64,000 nt of DNA from an uncultured delta proteobacterium (GCA_963716725.1 CAVQUB010000015.1:448001-512000), one strand, 5' to 3'; shown: positions 1-9,862, numbered from the stretch's first letter. The notes: a model not told the origin generated them from the letters alone. A program made the numbers and translations.

Positions 1-550
1 GCACGATGGCGGCGAGCATGTTGTTGAAGTTGTGGGCGACGCCGGCCGAGAGCTGCCCGAGCGCCTCCAGCTTCTGGGTCTGCCGCATTTGCTCCTCGAG
101 GACTCGCAGGCCGGTGACCTCGAGGACTCCGCCCATGAGGCCTGTGATGCGGCCTTCGGGGGTGCGCGTTGGGAAGCCTCGGACGACGAACCAGCGTTTC
201 GACGGGGCGACGCCTACGGCCAACTCGAAATCGGGGTAGTCGCCGGTTTCGAGGGCGGCGTCGATCTGCGCGTCCATTTGCTCGCGATAGCCCGGGGGCA
301 CTATCGCCATCCAGTCCGCGCGGCGCCGGGGTGCGTGGGCGGGTTCGAGGCCAAACATGGCGCAGAGGTGGTCGTGCCAATCGATGGAGTCTGCCGCGGC
401 GTCCCAGCGCCAGAGCCCGAGGCGGCCCGCATCGAGGGCGACCTCGAGTCGAGCCCGGCTCTCCAGCAGCTCAGCGCGGGCGGCGGCGAGCTCGAACTCG
501 AGCCTGGCCACCTTGGCGTTCGGGTGTTCGTTGTCGTCGTGTGTCCCCAT
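1..550 (-). CDS. PAS-domain sensor histidine kinase, N-terminal part (runs off the window start)
   Basis: Minus-strand frame from ATG at 550 (absent from the ORF track) reads ...LEVALDAGRLGLWRWD...(PAS)...LEEQMRQTQKLEALGQLSAGVAHNFNNMLAAIV, an HisKA H-box. Confidence 0.88.
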   Translation of the reverse strand, partial: MGTHDDNEHPNAKVARLEFELAAARAELLESRARLEVALDAGRLGLWRWDAAADSIDWHDHLCAMFGLEPAHAPRRRADWMAIVPPGYREQMDAQIDAALETGDYPDFELAVGVAPSKRWFVVRGFPTRTPEGRITGLMGGVLEVTGLRVLEEQMRQTQKLEALGQLSAGVAHNFNNMLAAIV

Positions 551-604
551 GATCTCGTCGCCCGCCCGGAGCACCTGGGCTCGCTCTTTACGAGCTCGCC
601 GCCC

Positions 605-970
605 TCACTGAATCACGATCTTGCTCTTGTACATGCCCATGCCGCACTCGAAGCCCAGCGTCTTTGCTTCTTTGGTGTCGATGGCCACTTCGATCGGCTG
701 ATCGAGGGGCAGATCTTTGGTGATCTTCAGGTCGGGGAACACGACCTTGTCCGCGCAGGTGTCCGCTGTCGTGCGCTTGAAGCGCAAGGTCGCGCTCTCA
801 CCCTTCTTGAGCGTGATGGTGCTCGGGGTGAAACCGTTCTCGTCGGCCTTGACGTCGATGGTGCCGGAAGCGGGAGCAGAAGCCGAGGCGGCCCCGGCGG
901 TGCCTGGCTTCTCGGACTTGTTGCAGGCGACGGCGGCAAGCAGCAGCGCGAGCGCAAAAATCTTCTTCAT
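605..970 (-). CDS. Cupredoxin-domain lipoprotein
   Basis: MKKIFALALLLAAVAC lipobox; ENGFTPSTITLKKG...TCADKVVFP...FECGMGMYKSKIVIQ matches the cupredoxin_1/CupA pattern. Confidence 0.8.
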   Translation of the reverse strand: MKKIFALALLLAAVACNKSEKPGTAGAASASAPASGTIDVKADENGFTPSTITLKKGESATLRFKRTTADTCADKVVFPDLKITKDLPLDQPIEVAIDTKEAKTLGFECGMGMYKSKIVIQ

Positions 971-2538
971 CGGGGCGGGATCTTGGTGCCCGCCTGCGGC
1001 GATGTAAAGCGGCGCGTCGCCACCTGCAATTCGGCGTCGAAGCCGCCCAAATCCACCGGCGCGTGGCGCTCGACCTCGAGGCCATGAGTCGCGAGTTTTT
1101 GGGCGGTTTTTTCGGGAAATGGCGAGAGCCACACCAGCCGACCGCCCGCCGCGAGGCGAGGCGCGGCGCTGTCGATGAAGCGATCGAGAAGGTTCGCGAC
1201 ATCAGCGTCCCGCGCGATGCGCCGGCCCATGGGGGGATTGGTGATGATCAGGGTGACGCCGCTCGGCGTGTGGCCGGTCGCGTCACCTCGGATCAGGTCG
1301 ACGGACAGCCCGGCACGGCTGGCGTTCTCGCGGGCAGCGCGCAGCGCGTTGTCGGAGGTGTCGGTGCCGATCAGCTTGGCGAACGGGCCAAGCAGTCCGC
1401 GCTCGCACAGCTCGAGACCGCTGCCGACGAAGGGATCCCACACCACGTCGTCGGCGCGCACACCGGCCACGCGCGCGAGGCTCGCGGCGATGGTGGGATG
1501 AGACGCCGCGGGCACGTCTCGCCCGCGGTAGGCAAAACGCAGGTCGTCGTCCGGTCGGACCACCACGACCACGCGCCGGTTTGGTTCGTCGATTTGGGCT
1601 TCGAAAGGCGCAGCCCTCGGGTCGTTGATCAGTCGCGTGGGGTCGAGCCCCTCGGCGATGCGAAAGCTGCGCGCGCGCTGGTGACCCTTCGGCCACGAGA
1701 GGCGGAAGCGCGGCACCCCCGACGAGAGCGCCGCGAGCAGCGGCGCCAGCCCCGTGAGCGCGGCCACGATGCCGTCGTCCCCGGGCGACTCCAGCTTCGC
1801 TTCGAAGCCGACCGAGAGCGCGGTGCGCAACTCGAGCAGAGGGCGAAGTGCACCCGACCAGGTGGTCACGACTTCGTGACCCGAAGGCGCACGGAAGTCG
1901 CCGCGGGCGCGGGCCTCGTCGAGCAGCACCCACGCGAGGCCGCGCCGACAGGCGAGCACCAATGTGGCGGGTGAGGGCAGGGGGCGATCGATGTCGATGG
2001 TGGCGCTCAGGTCCCGGGTGGCGCTGCGCTCGAGCATCAGGAGGGCACGCGTCCGGCGTCGCTCGAGCTCGGGATCGTCCGACGACGCGCCCTTCAGAAA
2101 CTCGTGGCTCGCGGCGCCGCCGATCTTGCCCAGCGCCTCCACCAGCGCCCGCCGCTCCGGCAGAGCGGCGCCTTCGAAGGCCGCGAGCAGCGCGAGCTCG
2201 ACCCCGTCACCGCCGATCTTTCCGAGCCCCGTGACGGCTGCCCGCAAGACCCGGGGCTGGTCGTGGGAAAGCAGTGCGAGCAGGCGCGGTCGAAGCCGGT
2301 CGGCGTGATCCGTCGCGACGCGGGAGACGACGCGAGCGAGGTGGCTCTGGGCACCCGGATCGGCCTGCTCGAGGGCAGCGATGGCGGCCTCGGCCCCGGC
2401 GAGCCCTGCCCGGGCGAGGGCGCGCTCCGCCGCGTCGGCCGCGTCCCCGCCGCAGCGAGCGCAGAGCTCACGGAAATGCGCGGCGCCCGGGGTGAAGGCC
2501 GCGCTTTGCCAGTTGGCGGGCAGATCGGCGGTGCTCAG
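967..2538 (-). CDS. HEAT-repeat plus class I SAM-dependent (RNA) methyltransferase, RlmL/Trm14-like; start uncertain
   Basis: VWDPFVGSGLELCE SAM motif, ITNPPMG motif, PAASHPTIAASL; HEAT-like ALVEALGKIGG. The frame stays open upstream of TTG 2247 to a CTG at 2538. Confidence 0.7.
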   Translation of the reverse strand: MSTADLPANWQSAAFTPGAAHFRELCARCGGDAADAAERALARAGLAGAEAAIAALEQADPGAQSHLARVVSRVATDHADRLRPRLLALLSHDQPRVLRAAVTGLGKIGGDGVELALLAAFEGAALPERRALVEALGKIGGAASHEFLKGASSDDPELERRRTRALLMLERSATRDLSATIDIDRPLPSPATLVLACRRGLAWVLLDEARARGDFRAPSGHEVVTTWSGALRPLLELRTALSVGFEAKLESPGDDGIVAALTGLAPLLAALSSGVPRFRLSWPKGHQRARSFRIAEGLDPTRLINDPRAAPFEAQIDEPNRRVVVVVRPDDDLRFAYRGRDVPAASHPTIAASLARVAGVRADDVVWDPFVGSGLELCERGLLGPFAKLIGTDTSDNALRAARENASRAGLSVDLIRGDATGHTPSGVTLIITNPPMGRRIARDADVANLLDRFIDSAAPRLAAGGRLVWLSPFPEKTAQKLATHGLEVERHAPVDLGGFDAELQVATRRFTSPQAGTKIPPR

Positions 2539-2672
2539 GCGGGCCCCTCGGTCTTGCAGGCCGCGCTGCAGCCGTCCCCGCTCTTCTTGCCGTCACCTCC
2601 GCAGCTGGTCGGCAGTGCGCTGCTGAGCAGGAGCAGGCTCAGACCCGTGGCAATCGACGCACTTCGCACCAT
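2535..2672 (-). CDS. 45-aa small lipoprotein or truncated lipoprotein remnant
   Basis: MVRSASIATGLSLLLLSSALPTSCGGDGKK signal/lipobox-like start; TATGCT -10 element 6 nt upstream of the ATG. Confidence 0.45.
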   Translation of the reverse strand: MVRSASIATGLSLLLLSSALPTSCGGDGKKSGDGCSAACKTEGPA

Positions 2673-2695
2673 GCTCACAGCATAGCGGAGGCGCA

Positions 2696-3703
2696 TCAGC
2701 GCAGCGAGCCAAACAGGCCGATCTGCGCGCCGCCCGAGCTGGGCCACAGCGCGAAGCCCGTCTTTGGTGCGCGCTTTCGCTCCGGGGTCGAGAGCAGCAT
2801 CACCACGCCCACGCCCGCTGCGAGCACGCCCGCACCCACGCCGACGTAGCTGGCGGTTCGCGCTGATTTCCAGGAGGCGATGGAGTCCACCTCGGACTGC
2901 GCGGCCTCTCTCTTGCCGGGTTTCGCCGCGGCGCAGGTGTCGTCGTGGGATGAAACGGCGCAGAGATCCGCCAGCCGATCGCGGTGGGTCGAGACGTTGC
3001 TGAACGAGAGGCCCAGGGTCGCGCTGCTCAAGATGGTCAGGCCGGCGCCGCCAATGGTGAGCGTCCACGCCAGCGTGCTATCGGGCGGTGCGGCCGTGGT
3101 CGGCGGACGATCGGGCCCCGGCGCCAGGGTGTCTGCCGTCGGGGGGAGGGGCCGACGTACTCGAGTGAAGTCCACCAGCGCGGGCTGGCCAGCGCTGACT
3201 GCGAGCCTCTGTTCGTCGCGATCACCCCCGAAGCGCAGCTCGAAGCGGCGCTTGCCGGCGAAAACCACCAGCGGTCGGTCGAGCGGCAAGGTGCCGCGCC
3301 AGCGCGCAGCGAGCCAGATTTCGGCTCCGGCGGCGCCGCGCACTTCCACGCGTGCCATGGCCTTCGCGTGCTCGTCTACGAAGGCCCGAGCCTTGTCGGC
3401 GGCCGGACCCGTGAGTCCGAGGGCCAGCGCGGCCTCGAAGGCTTCGACCGCGACGTCATCTTGTTTCAGCCGCGCTGCGGCCGAGCCGAGCTCGTATTTG
3501 CTCTCCTTGGTCGAGCGAATGCGATTGGCTTCGATGAACAAGTCGACCGCGGCCTGCCAGCTCGCCGGGTCGTTGGTGTCGAGCGCTCGCTCCTTGGCAG
3601 CGATGGCGCGGGTGAAAGCGGCGTCGTACTCGTCCGCGCGCGCCGGTGCGCTCCGGACGGCAATCGCGACCAGCAACGACAACGCGCAGAATCGCGAGGT
3701 CAC
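2696..3703 (-). CDS. Secreted TPR/PEGA-like protein with C-terminal membrane segments
   Basis: Signal peptide (ARA-D), helical TPR-like N-terminus, PEGA-like beta domain, Pro linker and C-terminal hydrophobic segments; GTG overlaps the kinase stop. Confidence 0.7.
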   Translation of the reverse strand: MTSRFCALSLLVAIAVRSAPARADEYDAAFTRAIAAKERALDTNDPASWQAAVDLFIEANRIRSTKESKYELGSAAARLKQDDVAVEAFEAALALGLTGPAADKARAFVDEHAKAMARVEVRGAAGAEIWLAARWRGTLPLDRPLVVFAGKRRFELRFGGDRDEQRLAVSAGQPALVDFTRVRRPLPPTADTLAPGPDRPPTTAAPPDSTLAWTLTIGGAGLTILSSATLGLSFSNVSTHRDRLADLCAVSSHDDTCAAAKPGKREAAQSEVDSIASWKSARTASYVGVGAGVLAAGVGVVMLLSTPERKRAPKTGFALWPSSGGAQIGLFGSLR

Positions 3704-5031
3704 TGGCAGGTTTCCGCGGCGCATACCATGCTGGCGCACTCGCTGGAGCGAGTGCAGGGCGCACCCTTGGGCTTGCCGCGTGGGGGCGGGGGTCGCTCGG
3801 AGCTCGACGGGGCTGCAGACGCCGGCGCGGGCGCGGCGGTGGACTTGCTTCGGGGCAACGTGAGCGCCATCGGCGCGCTCGGCGCCGTAGCCGCCGGCTC
3901 GGGCGGGGCTTCACGCGGGGCTTCGAGCGTCGCCACGGGAGCGGCGGCGAGCTCCGGGACGGGGGGAAGACTCGCGCTGGACGTCGGCGCGGGCCCAGGG
4001 TTCACCCGAGCCAAGAAGACCGCCGCTGCGCCCACTGCTACGAGCGCGACGGCCGCGATGCCCCACAACCCTCGCGAGCGGCCCACCGACTTGGGGCCGT
4101 CGCGCCGGCTCTCGATGACCTGGGCGTCTTCGCTGAGCTGCGCCATCATCGGCGGCGGCGGGGCGCTGACGCTGGTCGCGGCAGTGACGCGGCCGGTGGT
4201 CGCGCCGGTCCGCACGCTGTCGCGCACGCTCCGGAGAAACTCGGGCACACCCGGCGGGCGGCGTTCGGGCCGCGTCGAGAGCGCTTCCATCACGGTGCTC
4301 GACAGTGCTTCCGGGATCGCGGCCCCCGCTTCGCCCGGTGGCAGCGGGTTGAGCCGCGCCTGCACGTTGGTCACGTCGTTCCACGGCAGGCGCCCCACCA
4401 GCATCGCGTAGAAGACCACCGCCAACTCGTAGACGTCGGTGCTCTTGCTGGCGGGCGCTCCGAAAAAACGTTCGGGCGCCATGGTCGCGGGCGTTCCGCG
4501 GGCGATGCCGGCCTGAGTCGTGGTCGACGCCGGCGCGTCGATCTCTTTGGCGATGCCGAAGTCCAGCAGCTTGAGCGCGCGGCCGCCGTCGACCAGAAGC
4601 AGGTTCTCGGGCTTGAGATCGCGGTGCAACAGCCCCGCGTCGTGCAGCGTCTCGACGGCGCTCGCCAGCTGCTCGAAGAGATCGAGCGCGTGCGCGACGG
4701 TCAAGGCGCCTTCGGCCGCCAGGTGCGCGGCGAGGGTCTGCCCTTCGTAGCGGCGCATGACCAGATAGGGCAGGCCGTCGGGCAACCGACCGGAGCCGAG
4801 GACTTCGACCACGGCGCGATGTCGCACGCGTTCGAGCATCTTGGCTTCTTCCAGGAATCTCTCTTGATCCTTGGCCGTCAGCTCGCGCTCCCGCGGTACC
4901 TTCAGGGCGACCGATTCACCGTCCCAGATCGCGTGGTACACGATGGCGCTGCCGCCTTCACCGAGGACGCCCCGGATGGCGAAGGCGCCCAGCGTCGTTG
5001 GGATCACCGCGGTGGGTTCGGAGGCCGCCAC
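3700..5031 (-). CDS. Membrane Ser/Thr protein kinase with C-terminal Cys motif
   Basis: LGEGGSAIVY, VALK, HRDLKPEN, DFG, GTPATMAPE; TM helix; C-terminal CTRSSECASMVCAAETC. Confidence 0.93.
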   Translation of the reverse strand: MAASEPTAVIPTTLGAFAIRGVLGEGGSAIVYHAIWDGESVALKVPRERELTAKDQERFLEEAKMLERVRHRAVVEVLGSGRLPDGLPYLVMRRYEGQTLAAHLAAEGALTVAHALDLFEQLASAVETLHDAGLLHRDLKPENLLLVDGGRALKLLDFGIAKEIDAPASTTTQAGIARGTPATMAPERFFGAPASKSTDVYELAVVFYAMLVGRLPWNDVTNVQARLNPLPPGEAGAAIPEALSSTVMEALSTRPERRPPGVPEFLRSVRDSVRTGATTGRVTAATSVSAPPPPMMAQLSEDAQVIESRRDGPKSVGRSRGLWGIAAVALVAVGAAAVFLARVNPGPAPTSSASLPPVPELAAAPVATLEAPREAPPEPAATAPSAPMALTLPRSKSTAAPAPASAAPSSSERPPPPRGKPKGAPCTRSSECASMVCAAETCQ

Positions 5032-5077
5032 TGGCCCGAGAATAGTGCATCTCGGCCTTCGGGCAACGCGAGGGGGG

Positions 5078-5554
5078 TCAGCGCTGGGCCAGCTCGGTGC
5101 ATCCCCCGCGGATTTCGATCTCACGGGTGTTGTCCTTCACCTCGACGCTGGCGAGGCCGTTCTCGCCCTGGTCCACGATCCAGAACAGGTCGCCGGGCCG
5201 GAAACTGTGGCTCTGCACCGAGTTGCTGCTCGCGGTGGAGTAGGTCCCGCTCCCGTACTTCGGCTTCGTTCCGTAGAAGACCTTCACGTTCTTGCCACAG
5301 GTATTGCGGATGTTGACGCTCACGCTGCTCGGGCTGGCTGGCTTCGAGTCCACCGCGCTCGCGGTGGGGGCCGAGGCGGTCGTTGGAGCTGGCGTCGTGG
5401 GGCTGCCTGCCGCCGGGGCGCCTGCCGCCGGAGCGCCTGCCGCTGGCGCGCCCGCCACACCGGGCTGGGCCATCATGGCGCCGTAGGCACCGAGGCTGCC
5501 GCAGCCAGCGAACACGGCGAGGAACAAGGGAGCGAGGCAATGCACGAGCTTCAT
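5078..5554 (-). CDS. Hypothetical lipoprotein
   Basis: MKLVHCLAPLFLAVFAGC lipobox, AGAPA repeats, small beta-rich C-terminal domain; GGAG SD. Confidence 0.75.
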   Translation of the reverse strand: MKLVHCLAPLFLAVFAGCGSLGAYGAMMAQPGVAGAPAAGAPAAGAPAAGSPTTPAPTTASAPTASAVDSKPASPSSVSVNIRNTCGKNVKVFYGTKPKYGSGTYSTASSNSVQSHSFRPGDLFWIVDQGENGLASVEVKDNTREIEIRGGCTELAQR

Positions 5555-5589
5555 TTGGGATCTCCGTTCGAATGAGTCGACCGCCGCAG

Positions 5590-5605
5590 AGCAACGCGCA
5601 TGCCA
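5590..5605 (-). promoter_or_regulatory. sigma54 (-24/-12) promoter for the 5554 lipoprotein
   Basis: Minus strand reads TGGCATG-CGCG-TTGCT versus consensus TGGCACG-N4-TTGCW; divergent from an FHA sigma54 activator. Confidence 0.75.
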
Positions 5606-5716
5606 GGCGGAACGGCCGTGATCTACGGCTGCGCTCCCACGGATGCGCGGCGGGCAGCCCGCAGTCCGGCCTCGGATTGGGGCGCTGGCGCCACAGCCGC
5701 GATATGCTCGCGGGCC

Positions 5717-7055
5717 ATGCGCATGACCCGGACCACCAACCGCATCCCCGTGACGGCCGGGGCGCGGCCGGCGAGGCTCTCGGTCCTGCACGGGCCCGAC
5801 GCCGGACTCGAGGTCGCGGTGCCGGCCATCGGGGTCGTGATCGGTGCCGATCCCTCCGCTGACGTGGTGCTCGCGGATGAGGCCGTGTCCCGCCGACACT
5901 GCTCGCTGGTGCCCAAGGGCGAGGGCTTCGAGGTGATGGACCTCGGTTCGCGCAACGGCACGCTGCTCGACGGCGTCTCGATTCAAAAGGCCGTGGTCCC
6001 GGTGGGCGCCGTGCTGCGCGTCGGCAGCAGCTTGATCCAGCTCGTGCCGGGCGACGAGGCGGTGCTCATCCCGCCCAGCGCCAGAGCGAGCTTCGGTGCG
6101 CTGGTGGGCGGCAGCCTCGCCATGCGCCAGGTCTACGCCGTGCTCGAGCGCGCGAGCTCGTCGAACGCCCCGATTTTGCTGCTCGGCGAGAGCGGAACGG
6201 GCAAGGAGCTCGCTGCCCGGGCGGTGCACGATCACAGCCCGCGTCGCGGTGGCCCCTTCGTGGTCTTCGACTGCGGGGCCTCCACCGAGTCGCTGATCGA
6301 GAGCGACTTGTTCGGACACATGAAGGGCGCGTTCACCGGGGCCCAGAGCGATCGCCCCGGCGCCTTCGAGCTGGCCCACGGCGGAACGCTCTTCCTGGAC
6401 GAGATCGGCGACCTGCCCATCAACCTCCAGCCCAAGCTGCTGCGCATGCTCGAGAGCGGCGAGGTGACGCCACTGGGCGGGAGAAAGCCGACGCGCTACG
6501 ACGTGCGCGTCGTCGCCGCGACCCACCGTGATCTCTCCGAAGAGGTCAGCCGTGGCGGCTTCCGCGGGGATCTCTACTACCGCCTGGCGGTGGTCGAGGT
6601 GCACCTGCCGCCTCTCCGACAGCGCCTGGAAGACGTCGAGGATTCTGGTGAAGGTTCTGCTGGCGCGAGAGGGGCGCCCGGAGGTCGAAGTGCGCTCGGA
6701 GAATCTCGATCGCCTGCTCGCCTACCACTTTCCGGGCAACGTACGGGAGCTGAGGAACATCGTGACCCGAGCCGTCGCGCTGTCGCCGCCGGAAACACGC
6801 TTTTCCGCCATGCCCATTCTGCTGGCGGGCTCGACGGCCAAGCGCGACACCGAGTGGGTGGCCCGGGCCGATCGGCCCTTCTCGGAGGCGAAGGCCGAGC
6901 TCGTCGCGCGCTTCGAGCGCGACTACCTCAAAGATCTGCTGCTTCGAGCCGGCAACAACATCTCCCAGGCCGCCCGCATCTCGGGGATCGATCGCAAGCA
7001 CCTGTACCGACTGCTCGAGTCGGCGGGGCTGCACCAGCCCGGCGCCAAAGCGTGA
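5717..7055 (+). CDS. FHA-domain sigma54-dependent enhancer-binding protein (one frameshift near 6640)
   Basis: FHA (VSRRHC...DLGSRNGT), [21 protein letters not shown]; continues in another frame as HFPGNVREL...[19 protein letters not shown] (Fis HTH). Confidence 0.92.
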
Positions 7056-7687
7056 CGGAGCGGATCGGCGCCGCGCTGGTCTGCTTCGTGATCAGCGGCG
7101 CGGCCGCGGCCGGTGAGCCTCTCCCGAGCGTCGACCTGCGAGAGGTCGGACCCGACGCGGAGACCTTCGACGATCGTCGCCGCCCCGAGGCGCGTCTGTG
7201 GGCCCAGCGCCCCATCGCGGTCGAGGCCCAGGTCGGACTCGGCGCGCCGCTCGGGCTGGCAGGGTTGGCCCTCGATTTGAGCCCGAGCGCCGGCTTCTCG
7301 TGGAACGTGGGCGCTGGGGTGGGCGGCAGCACCAAGACGCTGCAGCTTGGAACGGCGGTGCGCCTGCGCTTGATCCCGGTCCATGGCTTCGCGGTCGGCG
7401 CCGAAGGAGGGCTCGCCTTCGGTCGCTACGAGGAGCGGTCGGAGTGTGCGACGGGGCGGTGCCCGCCGGCCTATTCGTGGGACCAGGCGGTCTGGGGGCA
7501 CATCGGATTGGTGCTCGAGCGGCGCAGCGAGTCCGGCGTCACGCTGCGCTGGAGCTTTGGTGCTGCGGGGATCTTCAACGTGACGAGCGCCGACTGCGAG
7601 CGCTGCGACGCCACCGACGAGCCGACCCTGTGGCAGACGACGGTGCCGTACACGCTGGTGGCCGCGGGATGGGCGTTCGGCTCATGA
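7052..7687 (+). CDS. Hypothetical secreted/outer-membrane beta-barrel-like protein
   Basis: GTG overlaps the upstream TGA; signal peptide, amphipathic beta strands, C-terminal GWAF. Confidence 0.6.
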   Translation: MTERIGAALVCFVISGAAAAGEPLPSVDLREVGPDAETFDDRRRPEARLWAQRPIAVEAQVGLGAPLGLAGLALDLSPSAGFSWNVGAGVGGSTKTLQLGTAVRLRLIPVHGFAVGAEGGLAFGRYEERSECATGRCPPAYSWDQAVWGHIGLVLERRSESGVTLRWSFGAAGIFNVTSADCERCDATDEPTLWQTTVPYTLVAAGWAFGS

Positions 7688-9153
7688 AACGCGCGCTCTT
7701 CGCCTTGCTCTGCTGCACCGCGCCGGCCCTCGCCGACGGCCCCCTCGGGCCCAATGGTTCGCCGATCCGGACCAGCAGCTACGCGGTGGATTTGGCCGGG
7801 GGCCCCGTGCTCGCCGGATCCCGCGCCCTCGGCCTCGCCGGCGCCTACGTGGCCATCGCCGAAGGCGTGGACGGCAACCTGCACAACCCCGCGGCGCCCG
7901 CCGTGCGTGCGGCGTGGTCGGCGACTCACGTCGACTACGACGCGAGCTTGGGCCTGCTGTTCCCAGGAACGCTGGCGAGCACCGACTTCTACAACACGGG
8001 GCGCGGTCGCACCGATCTGAGGCGCAGCGATCCTCGAGAGTTTGCCCTGCTCGCTCCGGCGGCCAACCTGCAGATCGGACCCTGGGGGGTGGGCGTTGGC
8101 CTCGAGGTCTTCCGCTACGGCCTGCTGCGCCAACCCGATCCGACTCTGGGCGGCGAAGAGGAGGTGATCCGCGCGCAATTCAGCACCTTTCGTGCCTTTC
8201 TTGCCCGGGCGGTGGACGACGGGCAGATCGTGGGCGGCATCGGACTTCAGGTGACGGCGCTCGACGTCACCACGAAGGACGAGATCATCTCGCGGAGCGG
8301 GAACGTGTTCACGACCCGCGGCGTGAGCTTCGAGGGCGGTCTGCTCTGGCGACCGACGGGCGAGCGCTTTCGCCTCGGCGTCGCGCTGCGCGCGCCGGTC
8401 ACCACCGACGTGGACTCTCGGGGCCGCGCGGTGGGCGGCGACCTCGTGCTGCGAGACCCCCAGAGCCCCGACGCGATCTGGCTGCCACGGCGGGTCAAAC
8501 GCCCCTGGAGCAGCGACTTCGGCGCGGCGGTGCAGCTCGGCCCGCGACCCCTCAATGTCGGCTGGCTCGATCCGATCGTGGTCATGCGCCGCGTCGACAC
8601 TTACCTCGAGGCACGCGAGCGCCTGCGTGAGCGCCGACTCGAGCGTGCCGCGCGCCTGGGCTCGGACGCCAGGGAGGCCGCCGAGGACGAGCTCGAGCGG
8701 GAGGCGGACGCGGACCGGCGCTACCGTGGCACCCAACGGGAACGCGTGACCGAGCTGCTCCGTGAGCGATACGACCGAGTGCCGCGGCGCTACGTCTTGC
8801 TGAGCGCCGCGCTGCACGCCGACGGCGACGTGGCCAATGGCGTCGGCGTCGAGTCCTTCCTCCAGGGCTACGTCGATCGATCCGGCCAGCGCGTGAGCCT
8901 CACGCCCCGATTCGGCGTCGAGACCGAGGCCATCTCGAACTGGCTCAAGCTGCGCGCCGGGACGTACCTCGAGCCAACCCGCTTCCGAGGCAGCTCCCCG
9001 CGTATGCACGGCACCTTCGGCTTCGACACGCGGCTCTTCGAGTGGAGCCTATTTGGCCTGTTGCACGAGGACGAGAAGCTCGCGCTCGGCGGCGCCATCG
9101 ACGGCGCGCGCCAGTACTTTGGTTGGGCGGTCTCGGTGGGGATCTGGCGCTGA
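7684..9153 (+). CDS. Outer-membrane protein, FadL/OmpP1-like N-terminal motif
   Basis: SRALGLAGAYVAIAEGVDGNLHNPAA motif; beta strands; C-terminal GIWR; charged helical insertion. Confidence 0.6.
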   Translation: MKRALFALLCCTAPALADGPLGPNGSPIRTSSYAVDLAGGPVLAGSRALGLAGAYVAIAEGVDGNLHNPAAPAVRAAWSATHVDYDASLGLLFPGTLASTDFYNTGRGRTDLRRSDPREFALLAPAANLQIGPWGVGVGLEVFRYGLLRQPDPTLGGEEEVIRAQFSTFRAFLARAVDDGQIVGGIGLQVTALDVTTKDEIISRSGNVFTTRGVSFEGGLLWRPTGERFRLGVALRAPVTTDVDSRGRAVGGDLVLRDPQSPDAIWLPRRVKRPWSSDFGAAVQLGPRPLNVGWLDPIVVMRRVDTYLEARERLRERRLERAARLGSDAREAAEDELEREADADRRYRGTQRERVTELLRERYDRVPRRYVLLSAALHADGDVANGVGVESFLQGYVDRSGQRVSLTPRFGVETEAISNWLKLRAGTYLEPTRFRGSSPRMHGTFGFDTRLFEWSLFGLLHEDEKLALGGAIDGARQYFGWAVSVGIWR

Positions 9154-9154
9154 T

Positions 9155-9310
9155 TCAGGGCGCAGCGAGGCCAGTACGGTAGGTGCGGAAGACCTTCGGC
9201 GGGGTCTCGATGCTGAGCGCCGAGACGGCGTAGCCCATGGCGGGCGCGCCTTCGGCGACGCTGCACGCGCCCGTGAAGCGTTGGTCCGGCGTGTCGATCA
9301 CCCGATGCAC
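9155..9310 (-). CDS. 51-aa small ORF or gene remnant (absent from the ORF track)
   Basis: GTG...VHRVIDTPDQRFTGACSVAEGAPAMGYAVSALSIETPPKVFRTYRTGLAAP-TGA with strong GC3 bias; fills the intergenic gap. Confidence 0.4.
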   Translation of the reverse strand: MHRVIDTPDQRFTGACSVAEGAPAMGYAVSALSIETPPKVFRTYRTGLAAP

Positions 9311-9343
9311 CAGGGGCGCGACAGGCCGTGATACCGTGCAGGG

Positions 9344-9832
9344 GTGATTCGCGGAGCCGGTCTCGCGCTAATGCTCGCTGCCTGCGCTCGCACCGCCGAG
9401 CCCACGATTGCAGAGCCCGCGATTGCGGAGCCCGCAACCGTCGCCGAGGCGCCGGCGACGACGCCCGAAGCGCTCGCCGCCCCGCCAGCACCGAGCGATT
9501 CAACCACCGCGCCAACGCCGGAGGCGCCCGCGCCCCCGGTCCCCGAGCCGCCCAAGGTCTCGACCGCCAGGAGCGCGCGATGCACCAGTGATTTCGACTG
9601 TGCCTTGAAGGTGACTCATCACTGCTGCGGGGAGTGCCCGGTGACGCCCATCACCGCGATCAGCGCGGCGGCAGCGGCGACCGCACAGAAGCGCGAGAGC
9701 GCACACTGCGCAGCCGAAGATCACGACTGCAGTCAGTTCAGGTGTCCGCCGGTCCCACCGAAGTGCCAGATCCGCGCGGTGTGCAGCAAGGGTTTCTGCG
9801 CTCCGGCGCTGTCCAAAGCCTGCGAGGGCTGA
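9344..9832 (+). CDS. Cys-rich lipoprotein
   Basis: LMLAAC lipobox, Pro/Ala linker, C-terminal domain CTSDFDC...CCGEC...CSKGFC. Confidence 0.75.
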   Translation: MIRGAGLALMLAACARTAEPTIAEPAIAEPATVAEAPATTPEALAAPPAPSDSTTAPTPEAPAPPVPEPPKVSTARSARCTSDFDCALKVTHHCCGECPVTPITAISAAAAATAQKRESAHCAAEDHDCSQFRCPPVPPKCQIRAVCSKGFCAPALSKACEG

Positions 9833-9862
9833 GGGCGGGACCTCGCTGCCGGGGCGGGGGAC

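Noticed and set aside
6630..6650. Programmed frameshift fusing the FHA-EBP to the downstream ORF (695-aa ORF in the track)
   Set aside because: No slippery site. A single extra base explains it, and the AAA+/HTH C-terminus continues intact in another frame
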